Shown here piece after piece: positions 39,687 to 53,111 of a DNA stretch of 64,000 bases. Below the pieces are notes generated by a model. It made no database searches, was not told the origin of the DNA, and saw nothing but the letters and a program-made list of their open reading frames with translations. The translations under genes and the position numbers were made by a program. The stretch comes from Carcharhinus longimanus (lineage: Eukaryota): NCBI GenBank assembly GCA_030264375.1, contig JASCQW010000001.1:81563275-81627274 (forward strand), in the 5' to 3' direction. The stretch's first letter is position 1. Each line of letters begins with the position of its first letter.

Positions 39687-41519
39687 TGACTTGACAATCA
39701 AAGTGAAAAGAGTGAATAGACTAAGCATATCAAAACTTTTCTTAATTTTAAAAGACTTTATTGAATCTCTTTGTTCTAGAATCCCAAGTGTTTTCAACTA
39801 CACATTCCCATCCCTGGCATCATTCTGTTGAGATAAAAACAAAGTGCTGGAAATACTCATCAGATCTGGCAACATCTATGGAGAGTTAATGTTTTGACTT
39901 GAAAACTCCATTTCTAACCGACTTTTTAGTTGTGGGGGCAGCAATATTATACTCAACCCATAAAATTCAGCCTCGTTTAAAATATTACAACTTGTAATAC
40001 ATTCAGTTGGATCATAGCAGATGTATACTTTGACTCTATTTATCTGCCATTACTCTATATCCCTTGATGCTTTTACCAATAAGTTAATTTGCACGTAACC
40101 ACATTAAATAGGTGAAAGATATAACTTATCCATTCTGTCAGCTAGTCTTCTACTGTCTCTTTTATTTATCAGTCTTATTTTTGTACTATTAATACATTTC
40201 TCTACACCGAAATTCAAATCATTGACCTTGAACCATCACTTCCAACCTTTCTCTATAATTCTTTCTCTTTTCCATTAACCTACTTTGCATTCATGCTACT
40301 GTATTTCTTTGATTTTTTTTTCTGACTGGCCTTTCAAGTGCATCCTGAAAGTTCTTCTAAATTACAATACATTATTCAATTAATCAGTTATTTAACAAAT
40401 AAAACTATTAAATTTGTATTAAGAATTTCAGTCTACCGAACATGACTTCAGGTCGTCAGTCACTCCCTTTAAATAGGTTGAGCATCTTACTTTTGAGAGT
40501 TGACTTGGAGAATTTATTAATGTGGAAAAGTAACAAATGACATTGCCTTGTAATTTGGACCAGATACTTGTGTCTGCTGTATGTGCATTTCTTCAAATTC
40601 TCTGGCAGATTATTTATAATTAGATGAGCCAGTGATCAGAATGACCAGATGATCAGAACCATCAGGCTGCTTTATTTCACTGTAAGGTGAACGTGCAAAG
40701 CAACAGTTATTCAGGTTTGCTTTGTTCAATCATTTGCATTTAAATGCAAACATTTGCATTTAAGCAATTTCACGAAAATAAACTGCTATAGTGTTGCGTG
40801 CAGCCATCTTCAAAACAGTTGACCTGTGTTCAACTCCTGGCCATTGATGTGATATCATCTGTAGAGCACTATCGCACGTTTGTGCTAAATTCTGGCCCCA
40901 CCCAGAGACAAAACTGCTCAAACTATGAATTCTAAGGCATTTAATTGAATGAATTAATGACATATATAAGTTTTTAAAAAAACCTCACAATCATTAGAGT
41001 GATGAAATGCTTTGACCAAAATAATGTACCTTTGTAGGTTTCTGTTGGCTTCAGTTGTAATGGCCATCATTTTTACCAGAGGAGTTATAAATTAAACATA
41101 AACCAGTTTTGAATACATTGTAGCATAAGCAATGCAAATATTAAACAAAGGACTTCATGATGGCATTATACCAGTAGGTGCAGTATGTTTACTTTTAAAA
41201 AAAACACAACTGTGTATATTTTAATTTTTTCATCATTGCTGAAGTTATCATTTTAGTTCCCAAGTCTGGAATTGCGGAAGTGCTGACATATCCACCCAAA
41301 TGTGCTGTAAACTTACCCACCCACTAAGTAAATTACTGCTGGCTAATTTGGAGCCAGTCCCATCAAAAAGCCAATTCACTGAGCATTCAACAAATTGGTT
41401 TTTGTGTACTGTTGGTGTCTTGAGGTTGGCCAACGTGGCTGTCGATGACTGGCATGTTGTTAGGATAAGCTCTGTGTGCTAAGAGATGCAGTAAAGCTTG
41501 GGGCCACTGCTGCAGCCAT

Positions 41520-42235
41520 GGTGTAATCTGCACAGTCGCTGCTATAATGCTGTGGCTACACAAGTCATATTTTCCACCAGCAAGATGCTCCCGTTAGCCA
41601 AAAAAAGGTGTTCTACTGACCACACAATTGGTCAATGCCGTGAATGAATTTCGTTGCCACTGCCATGCCAGGAACGTAGTGTGTATGTTCCAACATTTGT
41701 TTGGTTGAATCAAACAGCATGTTCCTTCAGTTGTTCCTAATGGGCAGAGTACAAACTGTACTCAACCAACAGGCGCTTGTAAAACCCAAAGAAAAATGTC
41801 ATCTTTTAGATGTGATTCTGCGTTTGGGCAGCTGCTCAATCCTAGGTGCACTAGTAATTACACTAACGACCAATTTAAGATAATCAATCGTAATATGGCT
41901 CATCTCCCCTTGCTAGAAATGGTATACTTCTATACCCAGGGCAGAATTTTACCAGAATGCCTGCCCGAGGCTCATACAATCCCAATGGAGGAGAATGCCA
42001 TTCTCCAAGCCTTGCCTGGCCCTTGAATCGGGGTGGGTGTACCGGTAAAATTCCGGCCCCATCTCTGAAAACAGTGTTTGAGACTTCTGCCTTTGACACA
42101 TTACCCAGCAGTCAGAGTCAACTTGCTGACCAATCGTTACCCTTTCTTGTGGTATAAACTGTTATACAATTCTTGTGTATCCTGATGAATGCAAGTTCAA
42201 AAACTTTGGTAATATGTCTTTTTGTTTTCAGCCAC
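41520..42235 (+). mobile_element. Penelope-like GIY-YIG remnant plus terminal repeat, with a MITE insert
   Basis: F.C.C.AR..., IKQHVP and CDSAFGQLLNPRCTSNYTNDQFKIINR...HL.LLE motifs. Hammerhead-like CCTGATGAATGCAAG at 42181. Confidence 0.75.
41939..42058. mobile_element. 120-bp Harbinger-type MITE
   Basis: TIRs GGGCAGAATTTTACC / GGTAAAATTCCGGCC (13/15 match) and 3-bp TSD CCA (41936-41938, 42059-42061). Confidence 0.75.
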
Positions 42236-42294
42236 TTCTTAAATGACTTATGGTTCAGAAAAATATGAAATTTGTTTTTTCTCTTGTATTTCAG

Positions 42295-42343
42295 CTGCGA
42301 CAGTCACAATCTTACTGTACAGACAATGAGTGTCTGCAAGAAC
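42295..42343 (+). CDS. SMIM14: SMIM14 coding exon 2 (LRQSQSYCTDNECLQE+1 nt)
   Basis: Polypyrimidine tract plus TTTCAG acceptor and AAC|GTAAGT donor. The peptide matches SMIM14. Confidence 0.97.
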
Positions 42344-43940
42344 GTAAGTTCTGCTTTGACTTAAATTGATTAATCAATAATTTTGCAAAATATCAGTTTG
42401 CAGATTAAAAATTTTGGTAGCAGTATGAAAGGTCGTGGACCTTCAATTATTCATGTGAACAAATTCCAAAATTTGGCTAGCTGCAGGTTAGTAATTAATA
42501 TAGTAAAATTTATTTTATTCAGCATTCTAGTAATTGGAATTCTGGGGTGGGATCTGTTAGTTCTGTTTTTTGACCGAAGATGTGTTTCATCCTGCAGAAA
42601 TCAGCACTAACATTTGTTCCCCGTCAGTCCCACTCTCTCTCAAACCCTAATAATTGTCAAACTCACCAGCACTTGTATATGTAATAAGTGGTTTACCCTT
42701 ACTTCAGTCTCAGTCTCCCATTGTTCTTCAACACCACATTCTCTTGGCGCTACATACTGCATTCATGCACTTTTGCACCAATTGCGAGACTTCTACACCC
42801 ACATCAGAGTAAAATCATCCAAGAACTTTGCAATTGGATATAAATGTGGAACTTGTCTTGCATCTTAGTTAACCAGCATATTTGAAGAGTCAGCACTTCC
42901 CATTCCTGGAGTATGCTGGATAACTGAGATTTTGCTGTATTTTGGAATTTTAAATCAACATAATATTGTCCCTTTACCACAACCAATCTATCAGATGAAA
43001 ATTAAGAAATAAGCTATTATTTTACTGACCATGCCTTTTGATTTGTAATTTAAAGGAATAGAGTCTTTCAATCACTTTCAATCACTTGTGTGCAAAGCAA
43101 AAGGCAGTTTTCATGATAAACCAGTGTCCACGAATTCAAACTTGCAGTCAGCATGTGCTGTGAATGGGATAGTGGACTGCAGCAGTTATAATGATGCTTT
43201 TCTACATGATTGTGCACTGGAAATTAGCTCATCATTTTTCAATGTTTAAATTAAACTAATAATCAAATCCTCAACAAGTGAGGTAGTTGCATTGCAACAA
43301 CCTGTATTTGTACAGCAATTTAATGGAGTAAAATGTCCACGGGGACTTTACAAGAATCTGTTAAAACAAAATTCCAAAAGCTTGATCAAAGAGGTAAGTT
43401 TTAAGGAGCATCTTAGCCATAGTTCAGTGGTAGCGCTCCCACCACTGAGACAGGTTGTGGATTCAAGTTCCATTCAAGATTTTGAGCACAAGATCTAGAC
43501 TAATGCTTTAATGCACTGTTGAAAGTGCTGCTTTTTGAATGAGATGTTAAACAAACGTCCAGTCAGCCCATAATAGTTCCAAGTGTTGTATTGCAAACTT
43601 TGTGCAATGCATTGTGAACCTCATTCAGGAGTTGTTTTTGTTTTGCCATTCGTTGCTAATCAAGCTGCTTCCACTGTTGAAGTCCAGAGTTGACCCCCAT
43701 GTTTAGTATAATGCCAACAGAAATTGTGGTGTAAAGACAATCATGCTAGGGTTGCTGGTTGGCACTAGAGTTATATTATTTGTATCCATCACCCATTGTA
43801 ACTACAAGCTCAGGCGCAGCCATTGGGCACTAACTGAGGAGCACTGTCTCTGAAGTGTTGGGTTTAATGAAAAAGTAGTTGCATAGCTGTGCCATTTTCT
43901 TCAGGAAGACTCTATAGACAACTTCAGCCCCAGAATAGGG

Positions 43941-44342
43941 TTTTCCTCGGATGGAGAAAGTTTCCTCGGATGGAGAAAGCTTTTCCTCGGATGGAGAAAG
44001 CTAGCACGAGGGGGCATGGCTTTAAATTAAGGGGAGGTAGTTATAGGATGGATGTCAGGGGTAGGTTCTTTACCCAGAGGGTGGTGAGGGATTGGAATGC
44101 CCTGCCTGCTGCNNNNNNNNNNNNNNNNNNNNNNNNNNNNNNNNNNNNNNNNNNNNNNNNNNNNNNNNNNNNNNNNNNNNNNNNNNNNNNNNNNNNNNNN
44201 NNNNNNNNNNNNTAAGAGATCCGTGGATAGGTTTATGGATGAAAAGGGATTGGTTTAGGTTAGAGGGTCATTGTTTTTTAACTGGTTGGTGCAACATCGT
44301 GGGCCGAAGGGCCTGTTCTGCGCTGTAATGTTCTATGTTCTA
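43941..44342 (+). mobile_element. Young 5'-truncated CR1/HER1-type LINE
   Basis: [42 protein letters not shown] and (GTTCTAT)n tail. Confidence 0.88.
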
Positions 44343-45253
44343 CTGCTGACTGTCCAGGTAAACCTCAGTTTTATGCCATTATCTCCTTCCAGGCTGGCAC
44401 TGAGGTCACTTGTTACTATAATTTGTGGAGCGATCACCAAACTTTGTAGTCCCAATGTTGTTTCAGGTATTTTGTTACAGCTTCCTAATTACAGTTTACT
44501 CAGATGCTTTATTATTCAAAGGCTAGCCTCTTATGCAAGAGAAACTTTGTACGGGTAGAAAACCACAAATTCAAGGAAAAAAAACTACTTGAGAAATCTT
44601 TTCCCAAAAACGGATTTAATCCAGTATATTTAATCTAGTTTTACTTTTTTTTGTAAAAAGAAATCTAATTATTCATTGAATATGTAGATGTCAAAGCTTG
44701 GGAAGTTGCCCCTTTTAAATAGTTTAGCATTTGCTTCCATATTTCCAAACAAGTTCTGTAAAATATGTTGGTTTCGTTGGTCGGAAAACACACTAACCTT
44801 TGGGGAAAATATCTTTGAGATATTTTGCTAAATGGATCTCCTGGATTCACCACATCTGCATTGAATACACTAATTGTTACTGCTCATTTTTTACTTGTAT
44901 TGTGTATAACTAATTGCAAATTCCTATTTGGCATGATAGAGCTTAAAGGGTAAAATAAGCAAACTTTTACATATGAAATGCCTCCATTATTTTAATAAAC
45001 AACAAAGACCTGGATTGATATCAAATGAATGCTCCTATAGACACCTTATCTCCTTTAAAAACAGTAGTTTTAACTTATCGGGGGGAAACCCACAGGTGAG
45101 ATGCATCCTGCCCAATATCATTACTCTTCTTTGACTTCAATCTACAAAAATATTGAATGAGCTATAAAACCAAAGTTGCACCCAGTGGATGAAGATGAAA
45201 TTATCCCCATTTTATGTCTGGTAGTATAATAATTTGATCTGTTCTGTCTATAG

Positions 45254-45402
45254 TACCTGGACCAAATGCTTCCAGTGATGGTGGAATGACACTGTCAATG
45301 ATTATGATGGCTTGGATGATCATTGCCCTTGTGTTATTCTTGATGAGACCTGCTAGTCTGAGAGGGTATCAAACAGGTGGAAAGTCACATGGGTCACACA
45401 AT
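45254..45402 (+). CDS. SMIM14: SMIM14 coding exon 3 (L-PGPNASSDGGMTLSMIMMAWMIIALVLFLMRPASLRG...SHN; transmembrane helix)
   Basis: TAG acceptor, phase-compatible with the previous exon. Hydrophobic segment followed by the RP..LRG motif of SMIM14. Donor AAT|GTAAGT. Confidence 0.96.
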
Positions 45403-45819
45403 GTAAGTTGGTTTACATATACATGCTATTTCACTAATTACCTAAATGTACAGCTGTATCAGGTTTTCTCGGAAGTATCCAAGATGATTCTGACCGAACA
45501 AAGAAAAAGTGTCCTGCACACAATGACAACAATATGCCGAAATTTCTTTTGAAAGATCTGACAGACATGAAGCAAGGGATGGCAACAAACACCTCAACTA
45601 AAATATTGGGCAAGAAGACCATGTAATATCGATCTTCTTGTGTCATCAATAGGCCTCCAAGAAACAGTTAACCATTTGTGGAGGTGGAGGTGGAGGTATC
45701 ATGTGGGAGGGGGGAAATGAGGGGTGGCCATTTTAAAGCTTGGATACATTAAAAATTGCATCTTCATCAAATTTCTGCTTCCTGGCTGCGCATTCAGGCA
45801 GATTGGAAGGAGCATTTGT

Positions 45820-46225
45820 GCTTTTGGAGGCAGAAGGTTCAAGTCTTACTCCAGAATTTGAGGACAAAAATCTAGACTGGCACTTCTGTGCAGTACTGAA
45901 GGACGACTGCACTGTCAGAGGTGCTGTCTTTCTGAGTACATGTTAAATTGAGACCTCATCTTCGCTCTCAGTTGGATATTAAAAATCCCATGACACTATT
46001 TCAAGAAATGAGTAGGGGAGTTACCTCCAATGTTCTGGACAATATCTGTTGATCAACATCACAAAAACATTGTCTGGACATTATCACGTTGCTGTTGTGG
46101 GATCTTGCCATGTGTAAATTGGCTGCTGTCTTTCTTGCATTAAAATGATAAGTACATAATTGGCTGTAACAGGTTTTGGAATATCCTATGATTCTGAAAG
46201 GCCCTCTATAAATACAGATTTATAT
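45820..46225 (+). mobile_element. Deu-domain SINE (AmnSINE1/SacSINE1-like)
   Basis: Deu core AAAAATCCCATGACACTATTTCAAGAA...TTGCTGTTGTGGGATCTTG...AAATTGGCTGC and an L2-like tail. Confidence 0.75.
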
Positions 46226-46774
46226 TTTGTAAAATCTTGTATTTCTTTATTTTAGGGAAAAAAACTCTTCTCTCCAATGAGAAGCATACCCAAATTTGGT
46301 CAAATATGTTACAGACATAGGATACCTCTTTGCATGTATAAATAAGGCCAGTGCTGCTTTCAGGTGGCCACAACAGTATGAATATGACATTTTTTAGTGT
46401 ACATTTTGATCTATAATATTGCCACTCTCCTATGGGAATATTGCAATGGCCAAAGTTAGTTTTGTTTCTTTGCTTCGTTACTGCTGCAATTAGATTTGTT
46501 CCAATTAATCAGATGTCATATGTGTTACTTCAAAAGTCTAAACTCTACATATGGTATCTTGGAGTACTTGTCATATGTTTTTTATTTTATTATTCTGCAG
46601 TGTTTTAGTGGCCAGATATAGTGTGTTCCCCGTAGGTCATAGTAATTTAGTTTATTTAATTTTTATGTACTTGTGAAACTATTTGAACTCTTGACAGTAT
46701 ATACTGCGAAAAGTATTGAAATGAAGTAATATTGTCAAAAATTTGAAAATAATACAGTTCAATTTATTTTCCAG

Positions 46775-46813
46775 AATCCAAGGCAAGATCCCCCTGCTCC
46801 TCCAGTGGATTAG
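46775..46813 (+). CDS. SMIM14: SMIM14 last coding exon (NPRQDPPAPPVD*)
   Basis: TTTTCCAG acceptor and C-terminal QDPPAPPVD-stop as in SMIM14. Spliced CDS is 75+49+149+39=312 nt, giving 103 aa. Confidence 0.95.
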   Translation, partial: NPRQDPPAPPVD

Positions 46814-49800
46814 ATCGATGCATATTTTGCAATTACCAGTCAAAAAAACCAATGACCAAACCAATGACTGTGGCCTGAATAATTCTCGAAACTCTTTACT
46901 TATATATTTTACTAATATTTTCTTAAAGATTAATATTCTCTCTATAGTCCTTAATGGTTGAACAATTAATTGTATCACTTAAAAAATCAAACATATATAC
47001 ATATAAAGAAATAATGAAACCATTTTCTTTTCCAAAAACAACTATGAAATCTGGATCAGCATCCCCAATGAATTGCTGCTTTCACCCAGATAAAAATGCT
47101 GCAGGTTCATTTTTACCTTGCATTGTGCAGGGACAGTGGGATAGGTGTCAAGCTGTCACTGTACCTTGTACTGGACCATCACATAATACAAGCAGGATGA
47201 AACAAATCAAGTGTACATTGTCCTAAAAATGTTTATATTACATTTTGCTTGTGCCAATTTTTGGGTGATAATGAGGCAGATGGTGGCGCAGAGTAGAAAA
47301 GGGGGTGAACATTGCTAAGTAAAACAGAGTCTTGGTTGTTCCTTAGTTTTTCATGCTAGTTGATTTTATCCACAGCTTTTTTTTGTGGGAGCTATTCAGC
47401 AAACCTTTCATAACAGTTGTATTTCAAAAGTTTTATTGTTTTTGTTTTCTGTGCAGTGCAGTACGTTCCAAATTCCTTCTTAATTTCATCAATATGCTTC
47501 ATTTAAATGTTCTGGTATTCTGAGGTCAGTATAATTTATCCTGGTGCCAACATATATTACAAGTGTATTTACCTTTTAATTATGTATTAGTATCCTTCAA
47601 TCATTAGGATGCATTATATACTTGTGTACAATTCCAGTGCCAATATTGTTCTATATTTGCTGCCAATCTATAATATTCAATTGGAAGACAAAGTGGCTCA
47701 TTTCAATTCTACTCCACTACCATAAGATTGTTAATATATTATGATAGCATGTTGGCTAAGCCCTGTAAACTGATCGTATGCCGGATTCAAGTGATTATAG
47801 TCACGATGATTGTGTTGCATGAAAAGATTGTTGCCAGTATCTTTTAGGTGAAATTTTATTTTTTTAAATCTCTCATTGAAGAAAGTACTGCCTGAGTTCA
47901 ATGTTAAAATGTCTTTGTTCATTATTTATTTAATTGTGAACATATGAGATGCTTCTTTCAAAGGCGTTTCTGTCTGAGACCAAGATAGTATGGTATGAAG
48001 CAGTAACATCCTTAACTCATGTTTGCTATTTCTCACTTGACTCTTATCTAAATCTTATTGTTGTGAGGTACTGGGGCTTCCCCATGGAGGTGAGTGGGGG
48101 GTGAGGGGTCAGTGGGAGGTGCTTAGGGAGAATCAGGGGACCAATAATCTGCTCATGAATTCCTACCAGATCGAGTAGTGCAGCATCGTTAGACCAGCAA
48201 ATGTGAAGAAAATAAAATTATACTTGAATTTAGTTTCAGNNNNNNNNNNTTTCAGCCTGGAGTTTGTTAGACTGTATGTGTTCCATTGCCTTTATTAACA
48301 CGGTTCTCCCTACTTTTTGTTCATGATTCCTGTAATTTTTTTGTATTGAAATATTTCATATACAAGTTTAAAATATGACCAATATGGCTGCCACCTCTGG
48401 TAGGCAGTAATATTGATGGCTCTGAAATGGCCTCTGTATCTGAGCCATACTGAGCAGCAAAGTGTGAGGTTCAGTCCATGGTATGATCCACAATAATTGA
48501 TTTTGGCAGGGGAGTGGAAACAATTGGATGTCATCTTTATGGGTGAAGAAAAAAGCAAGTCTCTACTTTGCAGTTGTTAAATGAACTTCATGAGTTCTGG
48601 CATTGGGTCAGGATAATGAGCTCAGTTATGATGCTCCAGGTGGTTGAACAGCTGGCAAAAATACTCAGCAGTGCTAATGAATATTTGGGCAATGCAATTG
48701 AGGGCAATTCACACCAGAGGAACATGTCCCAGGGATGGAACAAAGGCTGAATGAGAGAGGATAAAATTGGGGAAAAACTAATATGGTATTGAAGTTACCA
48801 TTGTTCAACTGATGTGTAGAATAATGCTGATTTAATATGACACTGCCCTATTTGAGGAAAAAGTGCAATATCATTTATTGTTTCCTCAGTTTGAAGGCCC
48901 AACATATTCAGAAAAACTCAACTATTTTATGTACTATATGAATAAGATACAAAAGGTGAGATGTGCGTGGAAGTACATTGGCGAAAAGTGTGGTGTAAAC
49001 CTTTCTGAAGAAAATTTGGGTTCACAATCAATAAATGATATAATCCACAGCCAATACTGAGCTTACAACCAATCATTAATTCCATGTAATAACTGGGTAC
49101 CTTTAACATTTTAAAATCCTCTAATAGTGGGCCTCCTGTTTACATAACAGCAGTTCAAATCCATTTATTATGTTAAACATGTAATTTGGTAATCCAGTAG
49201 ATTCTGGATCAAAGGCAAAATTCATGTCTTGCCTAAGAGCAAGCATTGTATCCATGGTGCGGTGACTTTTTATATAGGGTGGGTGAGGATTCACTAACTT
49301 TTGACCAGAAAGAAACCTGTATCTTGGTTGAGGATCAAGTTTTCCAGTTGAAGAAAATTACGAAATAAATTGCAATTAATTTATACTTCTGAATCCTTCT
49401 GAAATGAAATTGTAATCCACAATGGTTTCAGTGGAAGAATTTGAATGCAGATGTGATTTCCTACTTTAATTTCTCAATGTCATGCTTGGTTTCCATTTAT
49501 TATAATGTACAAATCAAATGTATTTCCTAATTTACCAATATGGAAGTGGAAGCCAAATTATGAGGATGACAAAATCTCGCCAATGTCTAAGAAAATGCTG
49601 TGCTGACCATTTATACTTTTTTGTTTTGTCCCCTGAATTCAACCAATGCCACTGAATGCACCAAATTAACACTGCTTCATGTTCTGATAAATATTTGGAG
49701 TTAAATTTTTTTTTAGAATATACTTTAAGGATCTGCCCTTCAACTAACAGACTTCATCTGAAGCCTCATCGTTCCCTTGTTCCAAAGGCACTTATAAATT

Positions 49801-51030
49801 ACAATTGTGCTATAAGTTTGTGCTGGGGAAATAATTCATTCTTTTTGATTTTGTAAAGGTTTTTATCCATTTGTTAAAATGACATACAGTTATCAAACAA
49901 ATCTATTATTTTAATATTTTCTATAAATTCATAGGACAAATTTCTCTCATTTTACTCAAAGGAGCAAAACTTCAGTTTTGTTTAATGTAGAGAATTATAT
50001 CGCCATTGTACTTCTAGGAAGTTTTTTGTTTCTAATATCTCATTTTGGTTTTAGTTTTTATTGTAACTCTTAATTTAATGGAAGATGCTGTAAATTCAAC
50101 TAATTCAACTAATCCCACTGATCTCTGATGCATTCCATGGTTCAGGTCTGTGACTGACTCCCTTTCATCTACCTCCATGTGCTACCTAGAAATCTTTGTT
50201 GGACTGGAACTACTAGGTGATAACACATGAAAGGTAGTTATGTCATTGCACCCAAATAGCATAGTACATGTACTAATTTTTATAAAGCAAAAAAAAGTGC
50301 ATTCAGGTTGCAGAGTATCTTCTGATTTCTCCGACATAGGTATAGGAGTCTGAAACCAAGTGCAAGTTAGGTGCTATTACACAAGGAAAGTAAAAATTGG
50401 AAGACAAGCCACTCTTGCTCTTTTCATAATACCTAATTTCGGAACAGGAGCAGGAGAACTGACTGTCCACTTTCTAAACTACACAAGATGTGGAGGCAAA
50501 GCATGGGAAAAGGAGAAACTTGTCCTAAATTGAAAGTTGGACACTGTAGTAATACAACTAATATTGCATCTTATTGCTATCAGATCTTACAGAAGGAACT
50601 ATTCTTTTATTGCTGAAATGATGTAAATTAGATTTCTAAACTTGCCAAAAGGTCATAGTCATGTTAAAGATTTACATGAAATGATTGCTTGACCCTTGAT
50701 TTCTGCTAATGTACTGTAATTAGTGCTATTCAAGGCTTTTAAAAACTTAAAAATTGTTATGGGGAAAGATGGCTTTTACTATGCACTTTTTGTTCAATAT
50801 TAAATGGTTAGAAACAGAGAATGAAGTTTGTTTTATTTTTGTTTGCAGTGAGTGGCAAAAGAAGGAACTGTTTGAAATAAACCATTTAATACATTTCACA
50901 AGTATATAGCACAAACATCTTACTGGCAATGACTGTTAAGCTAATATTTAAATACTTGCGTCTATTCATTCGTTCCAATAAAATTTCAGCAATTTTATCC
51001 GTACAAATAAATCATCATAATTCTGACTTC
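46814..51030 (+). other. SMIM14: SMIM14 putative long 3' UTR with clustered AATAAA signals (50876, 50977, 51006)
   Basis: About 4.2 kb of AT-rich sequence with no recognisable TE, ending at three close AATAAA hexamers, after which repeats resume. Earlier AATAAA sites exist, so the end is uncertain. Confidence 0.5.
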
Positions 51031-51464
51031 AAAAAATGTGGACCATCTTAACACAATGTAATTTTAATTATAATTCTTTTGGCCAAACTAGTGTGATTGT
51101 CACTAGTATGACATCAAGATTTAAGCAATTATAGAATTCAGTATAGATTGACATTAGTAACCTCTAGTTTTTGTTTCAACCAACCAAGACTATGGGCAGA
51201 ATTCTCCCATAGTCCTACTGGTGGGTTCAAGAGCTGGCAGTAGGGAAGAAATTTGCTGGGAGTCTAAAAATCAGTTTTACGCTGATGTGAATTTCCTGTG
51301 AGATCGTCCTGTAGTGCCCGCCATGGAGGTCAACTTGAAACTGGTTTGCACCTCAGTAATGGGATGCAGATGAAGACCTGAACAGAATCTTTCACTAACT
51401 TACAATTCTCTATGGTACTAGAGGGAAAACACACAGGTCCAGAACATGTCTAGAAAAACATACC

Positions 51465-51633
51465 ATGATGTGGAGATGCTGGCATTGGATTGGGGTGGGC
51501 ACAGTAAGAAGTCTCACAACACCAGGTTAAAGTCCAATAGGTTTATTTGATATCACAAGCTTTTGGAGTGCTGTTCATTCACCTGATATCAAACAAACCT
51601 GTTGAACTTTAATGGTGTTGTGAGACTTCTTAC
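51465..51633. repeat. Palindromic short element, family B (degenerate hammerhead on minus strand)
   Basis: Inverted arms GTAAGAAGTCTCACAACACCA..TTAAAGT / ACTTTAA.TGGTGTTGTGAGACTTCTTAC, with CTAGAAAA repeated at the flanks. Confidence 0.75.
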
Positions 51634-52966
51634 TAGAAAATCACCTGAACAATACATGGGTCTGCTTCCAGAGTTCCAAGTGTGAGCTGATCAATATGGT
51701 GAAGAAAGCACAACTTAAAAATGGCAGGATTTTCTGGTCCTGTCAAAGACACCCTTTGTGGCAGGTTCTCCAGTGGCAGAATGGGTGAGCCATACAAAAT
51801 GCAGTAGACATCAGCAGGACTGGAAGATCCTGCTAATGGTAAGCCACCTCCAATGCTGGAAAATATGCCACAGTGGAACCGAAAAATCCTGTTTTATGTT
51901 TTGGGTATCATGGTCTCTTGCAAAGCCACAGGCACTGCTAACCTTGAAGAAAGGTCCACACAAAAATCTATTGATCCCTGTGGCATAGATTTCCCCATTT
52001 CTAGCATGATTAAATTTGGCACCAAATCAGAGTGATTGCCACATCCAGCAACAGTGGTTATTAATCAGAATAAGCACCAAATGTTATCATGGAGAGCAAA
52101 TCAGGAAATAGAATGCACTGAAGCTTTCACTTTTAATTAAATATAGCATGGAGACTGAAATAATTGTTTGGGAATGGGGCCTGTACATGGAGGTTTTGGG
52201 AAGAAGCTGAAATAAGAAAACTTAAAAAAAATTGATAATTTAAAAAATATTTTATCATGATGGAGAATTTTGACATGCCCCAAAATAAAGTGAGCTTTTC
52301 AGGGCCAGTGAGGCTACTTAATAATAGCTACAAACTTAATACATCATTCAACAAGGTGCAACTTTTTCAAGGATTTTTATGGCAAGATAGATGAACAGGA
52401 ATAGGCTATCAGCCCTCGAACCACTAATCAGTGAGATCTTGGCTGACCTGTATCCTAATTCCACTTCCCTATCTTGATTCCTTATCCTTTAATATCTTTG
52501 GCTAGAAAAACACTAAAGATCTCAGATTTAAAATGAATTGAGCTTGCATATGCTGCTTTTTCTGGGGAAGAGTCCCATGCTCCTACCCATTTTGAATGAA
52601 AAAATGTTTCCTAACTTTGCTCCTGAATGGTTTGGCTCTGATTTTAAGATTCCACTGGACTCCATAACCAACAAAAATGCCTTTTTTTTAATCTTCTCCA
52701 TCAATTCCCTTCAATATGGGAAAAAAAGATCAAATCAGGCCTAGTTTATAACCTCTCTTCATATTCTAATACATGGAGACCTGGTAATATTCTGGCAAAT
52801 CTACAGCATACTCTTTCTAAAGGCCAATATATTCTTCCAAAGTGTGTTGCCCAAAGCTGTACATTTATGTGCTCTAACCAGGGCTATGTCTAACTGTAGC
52901 AAATCTAACTCTAGCCATCTAGTTATAAAGACAAATATTCCAGTGAAAAAAGATGACTAATACACA

Positions 52967-53111
52967 CAAGGTTAAAGTCCAACAGGACTTGATGAAGGAG
53001 CAGTGCTCTGAAAGCTTGTGATTCCAGATAAACCTGTTGGACTTTAACCTGGTGATTGTGAGACTTCTTACTAGGCCCACCCTAATCCAACGCCAGCACC
53101 TCCACTTCATC
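52967..53111 (+). repeat. Short hammerhead-bearing element, family B
   Basis: TTGATGA-A-GGAGC-AGT-GCTCT-GAAA-GC-TT-GTG (52989-53020), inverted flanks GGTTAAAGTCCAACAGG/CCTGTTGGACTTTAACC and TSD AATACACA (52959-52966, 53112-53119). Confidence 0.8.
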
